Part shown: positions 24,866 through 37,535 of the stretch, one piece after another | How the letters are laid out: each line of letters starts with the position of its first letter | Numbering within the stretch: the first letter of the stretch is position 1 | Assembly: GCA_965240325.2 (NCBI GenBank) | Contig: OZ251233.1 | Location: 1,426,001 to 1,490,000 of the forward strand | DNA length: 64,000 bases | Direction of reading: 5' to 3' | Source: Rebecca billardiae RCC1528 | Lineage: Eukaryota > Protista > Haptophyta | Made by a program: the position numbers and the translations under genes | Notes under the pieces: generated by a model | The model's database searches: none | Told to the model about the DNA's origin: nothing | What the model saw: only the letters and a program-made list of their open reading frames with translations

Positions 24866-27397
24866 ATGGATGGCGAAGCCGTTGAAGCCAGGAGGCGCAC
24901 ACGTTGCGCGCGCGCGTGCGTGCTCGCGTGCGTGCTCGCGGGGACGGGCTGCACCCGTGTCGCAGCTCAGGTCGCCCCCGAGGCTGCTGGCCCGCCCGTG
25001 CCGACCTCTGCCTGCCCTCTCTTCTTCGAGACGTGTGGCGACTTTGCGGAGCAACGCGTCGCGCTCACCACCGGTGCGCGCCGCACCGCGCGCGCCCGAT
25101 CCGGGCCGCGCCCCCTCGGCTGCGCGCGCGCGCCGGTGTGACACGTGCGTTCGCGCGTGCTCGCGCCGCCCGCAGGCCTGCTCCTCGCGCGCATCACGCA
25201 TCGCGTCGCCGCGCTGCCCGCTCTGGGCGCGCACGCGCTGCCGTTTGACGCCCTTTACGAGACCGACGCTTCCGTCGCGAGGCTCGCGGCGCTCGGCGTG
25301 CGCGCCGTCCGTGCGGGGGCCGTGCGACGGCCGCCGGATCTCGCGCTCCACCGTGTGCGCCGGACCAAGCAGCCTGCGTCCTCGTACGAGCAGCGATTCG
25401 GCCGCGCGGCCGGCGAGTGCGAGCCGATCGCGCTCGACTGCCCGTACCTCGCGCTGCTCCTCGGCGGGAACTCGAGCTTGCGCTCGCTGTACTGGCAGAT
25501 CGACGCCGCGCTCGTGCCGTCGGCGCTCGTCGCGAAGCACGCGCGCCAGATCGAGCACGTGCTGACCGCGCGTGCCAGGCGCCGCGCCGGCGGCGCGGAC
25601 CCGGTGGGTCCCGGGTTTGTGGCGCTGCACGTGCGCAGCAAGCTCTCGCCGGGTGCGGCGGCGACGCCGGCGCTGGGCTGCCGGCCGCGGACGGATGTGA
25701 CGAGGGCAGGGGCCGCGTGCGAGCCCAACGTGGAGCTGATGCACAACGTCTTCGCCATCGAGCGCGTGCCGCGCAACAGCACCGTCTACATTGCGGGCGA
25801 AGCCGCCGAGGCCATGCTCCGCGCGTCGCGCGCGGCGTGGGACGCGCTGCGCTCGCGGTACGACCTGGTCGCGCCGCGCTCGACGTGGGTCTCGTGGGGC
25901 GACGAGGGCGGCGGGGGGCGCGGCGCCGAGGCGCTGCAGGATCTGCGCGACGCCGTCGACTACGTGGTGTGCTCGCGCGCCGCGCTCCTCATCGGCAGCT
26001 CCAAGTCCAACCTGGCTGCGCTCCTGCTGCTGCGCCGCGAGTATGCGCGGCAGCAGCCGTCCGAGGGCGAGCGCCCGCCGTCCGCGGGCGCTCTTCCCAG
26101 CAGCGGCGGCCCGTGGGCGCCCACCGACTTCCGGTACGACGGCGAGGACGCGATGCCGCTCGAGAGCGCGCTGTTCAGCCCGGCGGCGTCCAGGCGGCGC
26201 CTGCTGCGCGCCGAGCTGCGCACGTGGGCCTTTGTCGCGTCGGACGCGACGCCCGAGTACGACGCTCTGGTGCGCACGGCCGTGCTCTCGGCGCTGCGGC
26301 AGACGACGCTCTCGCCCGTCTGCCTGTTCCTCGGCTCGCGCACGAGCGCGCTGGCGCGCTGGCTCGAGGCGCAGGACGTCGTCCTGCTGTACCACACGCC
26401 GCTCTGGGCGCCCTTCGTGTGCCAGGCGACGCACGCGGCGAAGAGCCAGGCTCTCGCCAACAAACGGTCGCCCAACTTTGCCTCGTACGAGCGTCTGCTC
26501 GCGACCTTCTCGCGCGTCGACCTGCCCGTGCTCGGCTTCGTGCAGCCGTTCGTGCTGTACTCGGACACGGACGTGCTGTTCATGCGCACGCCCGTGCTCG
26601 CCGACTTCGGGCCGCCGCCCAGGTACTTCACAATCGGCATCGAGGGCAACCTGAAGCAGCGGGTGTGCAACTTGGCGGGGGCCTTCCTGTACACCGACCA
26701 CGCCAAGGGGCTGTCGAGCAAGCAGTGCGCGAACAAGTGGGAGCAGGTGGGCAACCTGGGCGTGATGCTGATGCACGTGCCCGAGATGCGGCGCACGCAC
26801 CAGCGCTTCGTCGCGCACACCTTCACCAACGAGAGCGTGCACCGCGACGGGCTGATGTTCGTCATGGGGCCGGCCGACCAGGGCGCTTACAACGGCTTCT
26901 ACCTCGGGCACGCGCTGGTCAGGACCGCGCCCGTCTTCAACTGGAAGCCGTACTGGGGCGCAGCCAAGCCGTCGGTGTCGGTGGCGATCGTGCACTTCCA
27001 CGGGCCGAAGCCGCACGACTTCGAGCACGCGCACGCGAAGCTGAGCAAGCTCGCTGGCGCCAAGACGGTGGTGCAGGCGCTCAAGCTGATCAAGTGGGAC
27101 ACGCTGATGAAAGGGGATGGCGTCACGCCCAAGGTGCTCTGGCCGCTCGTGAAGCGCTGCTTCAAGCGCAACCCGGGAACGCTCGGCGGCGTGGACACGT
27201 GCTATGACTTCGTCAAGCGGTGGTATCTGTACCGGCAGGCGGATAAGAACGCCAAAGCGGAGCTGTTGCCCGGCAGCCTGCTCCCGGCCTCGGCCGACCC
27301 ACCGCATGCCGCGGCGACAAAGCATCAGTGCCCACGATCGGCGCCTCCCTTGCCGCTGCCTGGCTTCACGGTGGGCATCGACGACGAGGCAGCATAG
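24866..27397 (+). CDS. Two-domain glycosyltransferase: O-fucosyltransferase-like (GT-B) + GT8-like (GT-A); exons 24866-25073, 25176-27397
   Basis: A GT-AG intron at 25074-25175 joins the frames in phase 1. N-terminal basic + hydrophobic anchor (RRRTRCARACVLACVLAG). O-FucT-like motifs: CGDFAEQRVALTTGLLLARITHRVAALP, FVALHVR, VYIAGE, DYVVCSRAALLIGSSKSNL. GT8-like motifs: YSDTDVLF (DxD), NLGVMLM, DQGAYN, FNWKPYW, IVHFHGPKP. Confidence 0.85.
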
Positions 27398-27601
27398 CAG
27401 CGTCGTCGTCACTTTCGCTGCCCATGATTCATGAAGCCGTCGCCGATGTAAGTACCATACTACCACGCACGACGGCGGCGCGACGCCATCGTCGTCGCGC
27501 CTTCTCGGTAGTTGATCGGCTTTGGAGTTGTGACTGTCTTGATGTGAGTAATTTTGGGCGGCGCCAGTCGCCACCGCCGCCACGTGGTTCGCCATCGCGT
27601 A

Positions 27602-29612
27602 ATGACGACGAGGCTGGCGTGCTCCGCTCTCGTGCTGACGCTCGGCGCGGCCCACGCGCACGCTGGGCCGTCACGGCCCGTGGCGCGATCGCGCGTCCTC
27701 TCCGCGCCTGCCACGCGCGGCGCGGTGGCGGTGCACATGGCCGAATCGATGCCGTCGTTGCGCGCGCTCGCGGCCAACACGACAAGCATGCAGCGCGCCA
27801 TGAGCAAGCTGCCAGACCTGCCTGCCAAGGTGGTGGGCGCGGCGCTGGTGGCCTCGTTTGCCGGGCTGGGCGCGGCACTGATCCCGGAGGCCATCGGCGT
27901 GACCGCCTTCTCCGCGGGTGTTGGTGGCTTTGGCGGCGTCGGCGGCACGTTTGCGCGCAGGGTGCGCGCGCCGCGCGCGCGCGCCGCCGCGCGCGCGCGC
28001 CGTCGCGCCGTCCGACGCGCGCGCTCGCGGCGGCGCCGCCCCCCCGCGCCCCCGCGCGCTCGCGCAGGTGTGGTCCGCCCGGCAGACCGCCGCGACGAGC
28101 GCGCTCGCCGAGCTCCTCCTCGAGCAGGGCGTGCGCAACGTGACCGAGCAGCAGATCGACCAAGTCGCCGAGGCGCTCGGCGTGCCCTCGGCCTTCTTCT
28201 CGGAGCAGAAGGCGGACGTGTACGCGGCGTTCCTCGAGGACCTAGTGGCGGAGGCGGAGGTGCAGGTCGCCGAGGTCACCGAGCTCCAGCAGCTGCGCGC
28301 CGTCCTCAAGCTCTCGTGGCCCGCGGTCGGCGCGACGCACGTTGAGAGCGGGCTGCGGCTGACGGCCGGGCGGCCGGCGGCGGCGCTCCCGCGCGACTCG
28401 CCGGCGTGGGAGCGGCTGAAGAAGCTCGTGTTCCTCACGGACTGCGTGCTCGCCGAGCAGCCGCGCGGCGCCGGCGGCGCGGCCCCTACCGCCGCCGCCG
28501 CGCCGCCGCCGCCGCCGAACGCCGCGGCGGCCGCGCTGCGCTCGCTCGAGCGCCGCACGTCGGTCCGCACACTCGTCGGCCGCGCCGTGCGCTCGGCGCG
28601 CGCGCGGCTCGAGCCGGGCGCTGCGGCGGCGCCGGCGGAGGGCGGCGGCGCGGGCGTGGCGGAGCTGTGGTCGGCGCTCGAGCTCTCGCCCGAGGAGGGC
28701 CGCGCGCTCTCGCGCTCCACCGCCCTGCCCTTCTACGAGCGCGCGCTCGAGTCGGCGATCACGAGGCTCGGGCCCGCCACCGCGCGCACGCTTGCAAAGG
28801 TGCGGCGCGCGCTGCAGCTCGACCTCTCCGACACGCTGGACAGCCACCGCGACGCGTTCGGCCGCGTGGTGGACAAGGTGCTCGTGAGCGGCAAGATGCA
28901 GGAGGACGATCTCGCCATGCTCGACGCCATCGGAGAAGCGTGCGCGCCGCGCCGGCCGCGCGCGCCGCCGCCGCGCGCGCGGCCGCCCCTCCCTCAGCTG
29001 CGCTGCGTGCCCCGCGCCGCGCCCCCCTCTCCTCTCGGCTCTGCCCGCCCTCTGCGCGCGCAGGCTCTCCCTGCGGCAGACGGAGACGCAGCCCATCATC
29101 GTCGCGCGCACGCAGCCCTTGTACGCGCGCGAGGCGGCGCAGACGCTCGGCCGCGTCATCTCCGAGCCGGGCGCGCGCGCTCTCTCTCTCTGGGGCTCGC
29201 TCGCCGTCCGCCAAAAAGAGCTGAGCCTTTCCAACGCGGCGGCCGACCAGTGTGTCGCGGCCGAGATGAGCAGGCTCGGCGCGCCGCTGAGCGAGCGGCT
29301 CGCGGGCGCGGCCGCGGGGAGTGACACGGCGGAGCTGCTCGACGCGGCGCGCGCGCTCCTCGAGTGGTCGCGCGCGATGGCGCGCTTCGTCGCGTCCTTC
29401 CGGACGGACAAGCTGAGCGATGAGGGCGACCTCGGCGCGCTCGCGCGGACCTACCTCGGCGGCGCGATGGGCGCGGTGGGCGGGCGCACGGCGGACGCGA
29501 TGATCACGCGGCTCTCCGAGGCGGTCTCGCAGCAGGCGATCAGCGCGGCGGACGTGCGCGCGCTCGCGGACCTGCTACAAGCCACTGCGCCAACAGACCT
29601 AGCCGACCCGCT

Positions 29613-29653
<41 letters not shown>

Positions 29654-30238
29654 TGGCACCGCCGCCGGTGGCGACGGCGCCGCCCGCCGCCGACGCGGGC
29701 GCGGCGCAGCGCCTTCGCGACGAGCTGGACAAGGCGTGCGGCAGCGGCGGGGACGAGGCGATGGCGGTGCGCGCAGCCTCGCGCGCTGTGCGCCACACAC
29801 TCCCGCCACGCGCCCGCGCCTTCGCACGCGCCGGACTCCTCCCCCCGGACTCTCACCAGGCTCGCCCTCGCGCCACTGCCGCACGCTCGCGCGCCGCGCG
29901 CGCAGGCGGCGCGGCGCATCGAGCAGGAGGCCAACCTCCCGCCCGAGCTCTGCGCGAAGATGCGCCTCGACGCGTTCTACGAGGCGGTCGTGGAGATGTC
30001 CGAGGAGCCGGCGATGAGCGTCGACAAGCTCGAGGGCCTCGTCCGGCTGACGAGCCGGCTCGGGCTGACGGCGGCGCAGCTGCGCGAGCTGCAAGCCGCG
30101 ACAGGCGCGTGCGATGCCCTCGTGCTGCGCGCGCGCGCCGCGTCGGCGGACGGCGCGGCCGAGGACGGGGGGACCGACGCCGCTGTGGCCGGCCGCCTCG
30201 ATAGCGCGCGCGCAGCTCTGCTTGGCGAGTCTGAGTGA
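27602..30238 (+). CDS. Plastid-targeted Tic110-like envelope protein; exons 27602-27961, 28068-28939, 29064-29766, 29906-30238
   Basis: Signal peptide (MTTRLACSALVLTLGAAHA) plus transit-like peptide, then two Gly/Ala-rich TM helices and a helical domain with Tic110-like segments (DVYAAFLEDLV...EVTELQQLRAVLKL...THVESGLRL...LKKLVFLTDCVL). Three GT-AG introns restore one frame. Confidence 0.6.
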
Positions 30239-30517
30239 GCCAGACCCAGGGCCACCGTGCTGGCGGCCGGAGCTGGTCGGCCCGCGTGACCAGTTCTGCT
30301 CGATGGCGACGCAGTCTGAAGGTGTCGAGGAGACAGGCAGCAGGCTTCTGATGAGGAGGAATGATCGACGCGAGAGAATTCAGAATGCATCCGCAGATAT
30401 TTTCTTGGGCGGGCAGCCCTTCTTGCTGGAGAGCTTTTCAGTTTCACGCCCGCCAGCTTTTGCGTTTTGACTGTTACGGGATTCACGCCCGCGCAGCACG
30501 GCCCCGGCCTGGCCGCA

Positions 30518-32876
30518 ATGATGGCGGCCAACGAGGAGGCGGCGAACGATGACTTCATGGATGTCTTCGACATGCTGGGCGACGAGTTCTTCTCGCTCGA
30601 CCTGCCCGGCGGCGGGAAGACAAAGATCGACGACGACGTCGCGCGCAAGACGCTCGCCGCGCAGCGCCGCGCGCAGCAGCTCGAGTACGAGNNNNNNNNN
30701 NNNNNNNNNNNNNNNNNNNNNNNNNNNNNNNNNNNNNNNNNNNNNNNNNNNNNNNNNNNNNNNNNNNNNNNNNNNNNNNNNNNNNNNNNNNGAGGAGGCG
30801 CTGCTGATCGAGGTCAGAAAGCTGCAGTCGCTCGCCAAGACCGAGGCGGTCGTGCGCAAGCAGAACGAGCTGGAGGAGCGCGAGCGCAAGGAGCGCGAGA
30901 AGCGGAAGCGCACGGAGGAGGAGGAGCGCCGGCGCAAGCACCTCGAGAAGGAGCACGCGCTCGTCGAGGCCGAGAAGCGCCAGGCGGCCGAGTGGGCGAA
31001 GAAGCAGAAGGAGGCGGAGCAGCGGACCGCCGAGATCGAGAAGCAGAAGCAGGCGGTGATCGAGCGCGAGCGGCGCGAGCGGCAGCGCACGCTGGTGATC
31101 GCGCGCGAGAAGCAGCAGCAGATCGCCGCCAAGGCCATCCGCGAGAAGAAGCGCCAGGCCGAGATCAAGCGGCAGCTCGACGAGCAGAAGCAGGCGTCTC
31201 TGCTCGCGCGGCTCGACGAGAAGCGGCAGGCGCGGCTCGAGGCGAACCACAAGAAGGCGGAGGTGGCGGCGAGGCGCGTGGAGCAGGTGCGTGCGCAGCA
31301 CGCCGCGCGCCCGCCCGCGCGCCCGCGCGCGAGCACGACGCCCCTCATCCCCACGCGCCCCACCCACGCCGCCGCCGGCCGCGGCCGCGCCCGCGCCGCT
31401 CGGGCGGTGCTGCACCAGGCATGGCTCAACCGCAAGCAGCAGCTGGAGGTGGCGGAGAAAGAGTTCCACATGAAGCACGAGCAGCAGGAGCAGCGACTAC
31501 AGAAGCTCGCCGAGGACAAGGAGGCCTCCTTCGCCGCGCGCAAGCAAGAGGTGCGCCGCCGCTCGCGCACGGCGAGCGCGCGCGGCGAGTGCGCGGCGCG
31601 GCGCGGCGCGGCGCGGCGCGCGCGCTCGCTCACGCGCGCGCATGCCGGCCGGCGCGCGCCGAACGCCGCCGGCGGCGCGGCGGGCGCGCAGGCGGAGAAG
31701 AAGCGCGAGTACATCGGGCGCGTGCTCAACCAGCAGGCCGAGCGCGAGGACGAGGTCAAGCGCTCCATCACCGAGAAGGACGAGAAGCGCAGCGCGCGGC
31801 AGCAGGCCGCGTCCGAGGTGCGCGAGAAAGGGCTGCGCGAGCATCGCGTGATCACGCAGGTGCAGCAGCACGAGGCGCGCGAGCGCGTGCTCTCGGCGCT
31901 GAACGCGCGGATGGCGGCGGTGAAGGAGCTCGAGTCGAAGTGGGGCGAGAAGGACGAGCGCACCAACAAGCTGCTCGAGGAGCGCGAGAAGCTCGCCGAG
32001 CAGCGCCGCGCGCTCTTTGCCCTGCTCGCGCGCGAGCGGCAGACGGTCGCCAACACGATGGAGCGCTCAAAGGTGACCAAAAAGTTCGAGCTGCCGCTGC
32101 ACATCCGCAAGGGCGTGACCGACCCGGCGCTCAAGATGGTGCTGGACAAGGCGGACCCGAAGGAGACGGGAGTGCTCACGCTGGTGCGCGCGTGCGCGCG
32201 CGCACGAAGCCGACACAAGCTGTCCCGTCCCGACGGCTGCGCGCGGCGACGGCTCGCTGCGCGCGCAGCAGAGGCAGCGAGCGCGCCGCACAGCGGACCC
32301 TCATGCGGCCTCGCGCCCTGCGCCGCCCCCGTCCGCCGCGCCCGTCCGCCGCGCGCCGCAGACCGCCCTCAACGACGTGCTCAGCGAGATCGACCCTGCG
32401 CTGCTCACGAAGGCGAGGGCCGGGTCGCCGTCGTCGACGGTGCGCGCGCGCGCCCCGCGCCACTCAGTGAGCGCGGGCATGCGCGGGCATGCGCGCGCGC
32501 GCGCGCGGCGCGCGAGCGCTGCGATTCACACGCGCCGCCGTGGCGGTACGCTCGTGCGCCGCGCGCGCGCGCGCAGGACCGCGGCTCTTCGCCGCCGCCG
32601 GGCGAGCTGCAGCGCATGCAGCGCGTCTTCAGCAAGATGGACCACGACGCAGACGGCACGATCGATTATTCCGAGTTTGCGCAGATCACCAAAAAGCTGA
32701 TGCGGCAGACGGGGCACTCTGCGCCCTCCGAGCGATGGCTCAAAGCGGCCTTCGAGTCCGCGGACACCGATGGCTCGGGGCAAATCGGCTTCGACGAGTT
32801 TGTCGCGACACAGTCGCAGTTCAACGGCAGCAGCCCCGGCGATAAGAAGCAACGGCAGAAATCATCAACGCGCTGA
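30518..32876 (+). CDS. Coiled-coil protein with C-terminal EF-hands (spans assembly gap); introns 31287-31418, 31551-31691, 32184-32361, 32440-32576
   Basis: Long E/K/R/Q-rich heptad region. EF-hand loops DKADPKETGVLT, DHDADGTIDYSEF and DTDGSGQIGFDEF. GT-AG boundaries are frame-consistent. Confidence 0.8.
30692..30791. other. Assembly gap (100 N)
   Basis: Run of exactly 100 N inside a coding exon; the apparent frameshift across it is an artefact. Confidence 0.99.
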
Positions 32877-33080
32877 CACGGTCTGCCGTGAACCGCGGGC
32901 CGCCCGGACTCGGTCTGCGGAGGGCCGGAGGCTCGGACCGCGCCCCTGCCGCCCCCCTGCGTCTGAGCAGTTGAATAATTGATGCGCCGCTGCTGATGAT
33001 GCATCACTGCGATGACGATTGACGCGCGACAAAACTATATGATGATGCTGATCGGACGAGTTCTATCCGAATCAGATCGG

Positions 33081-33082
<2 letters not shown>

Positions 33083-33118
<36 letters not shown>

Positions 33119-33146
33119 ATTCGGTTACGTATATATATATATATAT
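33083..33146. repeat. (TA)n microsatellites between convergent genes
   Basis: Two (TA)n runs are directly visible. Confidence 0.95.
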
Positions 33147-33251
33147 TAATTCGGCGGTACCATGATGCTATCTTTCTCACGATGTCAAGACGTACAGTGG
33201 AATGAATACTCCCGTATATGTATGACAAGATCATCATATATATTGAGACTA

Positions 33252-33878
33252 TTAAATGTGCAGCACCTTGAGCAGCTTGTCGTATTCGGCCATCGTCTTG
33301 AGCAGGGCCTTGCGCGTCTTCTCGAGGTACGCCTTCGAGTTCTGGTCAGGGACGCCCGCGTTCCCGCTCGGGTCGGCGAAGATGGTACTGTACGCCAGCA
33401 AATCCGTGTCTCGCAGCCCCTGCACCACGTCCTGCGAGAGCTCGACCAGCTCCTCGACGTCGACGTACTCATACTTTGGGTCGGCGAGCACGCCCTTGCG
33501 CACCTTCGTGAGCGTCTTCTCGATGGCCAGGAGGGGGCTCGACACGCCGACGGTGCCGATGACGCGGCGCACCGCGTCACCATCAAAGTCGGTGTCGCCA
33601 TCAGCCTTCGTGATCTTCGTCCAGTCGCGGATGAGCCGCTGCATCTCGTCGCGGCCGGCGCGCAGCTGCGCAAAGTAGGACGCCGGGTCGTCAGGGTCGC
33701 CGTCGGGCTTCCAGGCGGGCTCCGGTGACCGCAGCGCGGCTGCATGCGCCGGCGCCGAGCTGGCTGCGCCCGCCGCGCACCCAGCAAGGCCGACGAACGA
33801 GCGTCGCGTGAACGCCGACGAGCGCGAGGTGGACACCGACAACACCACCGCCATCGCGGCCGGAAGGAAGGCCGGCAT
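33252..33878 (-). CDS. Thylakoid lumen protein with Tat signal, possibly PsbQ-like helical bundle
   Basis: Signal-peptide-like start (MPAFLPAAMAVVLSVS), twin-arginine motif (TRRSFVGLAGCAAGAA) and AxA cleavage site (AHA), then a helical mature domain (DGDAVRRVIGTVGVSSPL). Confidence 0.7.
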   Translation of the reverse strand: MPAFLPAAMAVVLSVSTSRSSAFTRRSFVGLAGCAAGAASSAPAHAAALRSPEPAWKPDGDPDDPASYFAQLRAGRDEMQRLIRDWTKITKADGDTDFDGDAVRRVIGTVGVSSPLLAIEKTLTKVRKGVLADPKYEYVDVEELVELSQDVVQGLRDTDLLAYSTIFADPSGNAGVPDQNSKAYLEKTRKALLKTMAEYDKLLKVLHI

Positions 33879-34150
33879 GCTGCTGGGCGCGCTCGCCGAA
33901 GTCCGGGGCCGGAGGCGTGGCAGTCCGAAAGCCCGCCGCCCCGCCCCGGCCCCGGCCGGCGCGGCGTGGTGCGGCCTTCGCGGGGGCGAACCAGGAGGGC
34001 GCTGCTTCCCTCTGCGCACTATGACCTGCTTAGCAGCGCACCGTTGCCTCGCTTCACTCTGCCAGGCTCCGTGGCGATGCCGCGCTGGCCGCGGCGCCAT
34101 CAGCCCAGCAGAAGGACTCTCCCCGCCGCATCATTGAAGCTCTTAAAAGA

Positions 34151-36431
34151 TCACTGGCGGAGCTCGGCGCGCGCGATCGCCTCGCACGCCATGCCGTCGG
34201 TGCACACGGCGAGCTTGAGATCATCCGCCTCGACCGCGAGCTGCACGCTGCCCTCGAGCCCGGCCGCCGCGCCGATAGAGCCGGGCGCGGGCGCGAGGAG
34301 CCGCGCGGCGCTGAGCTCGTCCACGACGCCGAGCAGCTCGCCCGCTGCCGGCCGCTCCACGCCGTGGCGCGCGCACGCGCCCGCGTGGCGCGCGAGCACG
34401 TCCGCCACGCGCACGGCCGTGCGGCCGCAGCGCTCGGCCTCGAGCAGCGCGCACACGAGCAGGAGCTGGCCGTGGAGGCCGAGGCTGCGCATCGCTCGGA
34501 CGGGGAGCGACTGGTGCAGCTGCTTGATCGCGGCGTTGATGTCCTCGATCGTCACGCGCGCGGCCGGGGGCTCCTCGGCGCGCGGCGCGCCGGCCCCCGC
34601 GCGCGGCGTGCTGAGCGTTGCCTCGGCGCCGCCGCCCGCGCGCGCGGCTGTGCGCGCCTCGGCGATCTCGGTCGCGCGGCGGCAGATCTCCAGGTTGCGC
34701 CGCACGTCGCCCGACACGGCGGCCACCTTGCGACACGCCAGCTCCAGCCCCGAGCCCTCGAACACCGCCAGATCGCCCAGCCGCGCGCGCAGGATCTGCG
34801 AGAGCTCGGGCAGCGCGTACGGCAGGAAGGGCACGCGCGCCAGCCCCATGCGCGAGTTGAGCCGCGGCAGCAGCCGCTCGGGCAGGTCCATCGTGTTCGA
34901 GATGCCGACGAGCGCGACCTGCGCGTGCGCGCGCGAGGACCACTCGAACAGGTTGTACAGCACGCCCTGCGCGCGCGCGGCGGGCGGCGCCGGGCGCGAG
35001 GCGCGCCGGCGGCGGCGAGATGTCGGCGGCGGGCGCGGCACCCATGGAGCCTCGGGAGCGCTCGCGCGGCGCGGGCGCGACCGCTCGCGCGGCGCGGCCG
35101 CCGGCGCGGGCGCGGGCGCGCGCCTGGTTCTTCGTGACCAGGTAGTCCAGCTCGTCCACGATCAGCACCGTGCACTGCCGCCGCTTCCGCTTCGTCGGCG
35201 CCCTCGCCGTGGCGAAGTGCGCATCCAGCATGTGCATCGCCTTGGTCGGCGAGAGCGACTGCCGCTTCCCGGAAAGTACCTCCCACAGGAGGGTGTACGC
35301 GTGCGTGGGCACGGGCAGCCGCATGCCGTTGATCTCGGCGCAGGCGAACGGCGGCAGCGTGCCCGCGCGCTCCTCGCCGCGCAGCACGCGGCACACCTGC
35401 GCGGACAGAGAGAGGCGCGGCGCCACGCGCCGCACGCGCGCGCGCGTGAGCGACGCTGTCGAGCGGCGCGCGCGCGCGCGAGCGGCCGCGCACGCGCGGC
35501 GCGGCACCTCGTGCACGGTGGCCGTCTTGCCCGTGCCCGGCACGCCGGAGACGTAGAGCGGCGAGCTCGCGCCGCCCTCCGCGATCGCGCTGCGCATCCA
35601 CGCCATGATCGTCTCGCGCTGCTCCTCGCGGCACGGCAGCCGCGCGGGCGGCGCGTTGAGCAGCAGGCACGCGCGCGCCTCAGCAAACGGGTTCTGCGCG
35701 CGCCGGCCGGTGAGGAGTGGCGCCTGCTTGCGGGGCGCCTTGTCGGCGGCGGCGCCGCGCGGCGCAGCGGACGGGTCGGAGAGCAGCGGCAGCTCGGCGA
35801 GCGCGTGCTCGCCGAACGCGTCCGCGCCCGCGCTCGAGGCGAGCGGCCGGATGTCGTGCGTCGTCGTGTTGTAGCTCGCGCGGCACACAAACGTGGTCTC
35901 CGCCTCGTCCTCGGCGCCGTCGTCGGCCGGCTGCGCGGCCCACGAGCGGAACGCGTCCCAGTCGAGCACCGCGCACTTGCTCTGCACCGCGTCCAGCGGG
36001 TTGTCGTCCGTGTGCGTCGACTCGAAGACTTCCCGCCGGTGGTGCCGCCGCAGACGACCCGTGCGCGTGTGCTCCGGGAGGTAGTACCAGCGCCCCTCGA
36101 GGTGCTTCTCGCCCGCGCCGTCCTCCCACAGCGCCTCTATGCGCGCGACAAAGTCCTGCGCGGCCGGCGCGGCGCCACCCGCGCGGGCTCGGCGCTGGGG
36201 CGCGAGCCGGTCGCGCGCGCGGGCGCGCATGCGCGGGCGCGCGGCTGCTGCGCGCACCTGCTCGAAGCCGTCGCACGCCTTGAGGAGCACCGTGTCGCCG
36301 AGGCGGTAGTGCTCGCCGTCGATCTGGAAGGCCGAGTACCCCGTCTCGCCGCGCACGCGGTAGCGCGCGGCGCCGACCCACTGGGGCTCGCGCGACGCCG
36401 CGCCAGCCTCGCCACGCTTGCTCGCGGGCAT
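34151..36431 (-). CDS. ORC1: Origin recognition complex subunit 1 (BAH + AAA+ + winged helix); introns 36156-36257, 35397-35507, 34967-35123 (GC-AG)
   Basis: BAH domain (YRLGDTVLL...FVARIEALWE...GRWYYLPEHT...REVFES), LPCRE, Walker A YVSGVPGTGKT, EINGMRL, Walker B LIVDELDYL, VLYNLFEW, GISNTMDLPERLLPRLNSRMG, VAAVSGDVRRNLEICRRA. Confidence 0.95.
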
Positions 36432-37535
36432 ACTGTATTTGGCGCGAAGAAGGTCGGACCGCGAGCCAGCCCGGACCAAGGAGGCACCGCCCGGCCCGCG
36501 CGCCGGACCGGGAGGTTTGGCGGGAAAACTACCGCGCTTTCAATCGGAGGGGGGCGGAGGGGGCGAGCTGGGCGAGGGCTCTTGATCATCACAGAGGAAC
36601 TGGTTTGTGCCCCGGCTTCGACTCCGGGTGGGCAGCGCCCGGGCTCGTCGCCCCCACGCACCTCGCCGCACCTCGCCCGTACTGTGAGCTCAGAGTCCCG
36701 GCGTCATCGCCGGATCATCCGTCGGGGTGGATGCCGGGCAAGTAGACACCGGCTAGAAGGGCATGCGCCGCGTCGGCACGCTGTCATCCGTCGTCTCTGC
36801 CACCTTGTCCTCGACGCACGGTCTGCACGGCAGTAAAACGCGACAGCTTGCACGTGCTGCCCGTTGCACGCCCGAAATAGGTGTGTGTGTGCGTGCTGAC
36901 GCCGCTGGAGTAGCGCGCAGCGCTTTGTCCCTGGTAGAGAAGAGCCGAGCGGCTGATGCGTCCTGTTGCTGCTCTCCGATTTCTATTTTGAACCGTGCAC
37001 GTGATGACGATCGGCATCCGATGGCTCAGGCTGCCCTGTTGCTCACGGTGTGGCTTACAGGCTGTCGCGAGAGGGATGAGAGGGCTAATCGGCTGGATGG
37101 GGGGTATGGGGCGATGCTAGGGCCTCTCTAGCGACGCCCAGGCCCGACAGCAGGCGCGTGGCGTTGCGCTCATTGCTATTTCAAGCGGCCATCGGCCGGG
37201 CGGTCGATGCGGGTGGACAACCTTTCCTGAATTCCTGAATCCCCTTTTTGGGGGGCTGCCCTGTTCATCGTCAACCTTTCTCTCACGATGGTCCTTTGCT
37301 CTCACCGCCGCTCCCGGCAAACGCCGAGGCAAAAGTCGAACCAACTCTACCGATAGGTCGTATGATTTTAAGGCTTATACAACTACGACTCCTCAAACTT
37401 AAGGATATGCTCGCAACCCACAAAAAGTACCTTCTCGAATCTCGAGGCTCATAATATCTCGATCTCAGTCCAATTTGGAAGGAGATAGTAGTGAGCTCCA
37501 GCACTTTACGGTTGAGCACGTCAATATGATGAGCA

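Noticed and set aside
24407-27661. 1084-aa minus-strand ORF
   Set aside because: Antisense shadow of the glycosyltransferase; no motifs and R/H/A-biased composition.
30518-30900. Frameshift or pseudogene in the coiled-coil/EF-hand gene
   Set aside because: The frame change coincides with an arbitrary 100-N assembly gap.
33744-36836. 1030-aa plus-strand ORF
   Set aside because: Antisense to ORC1; no recognisable domain.
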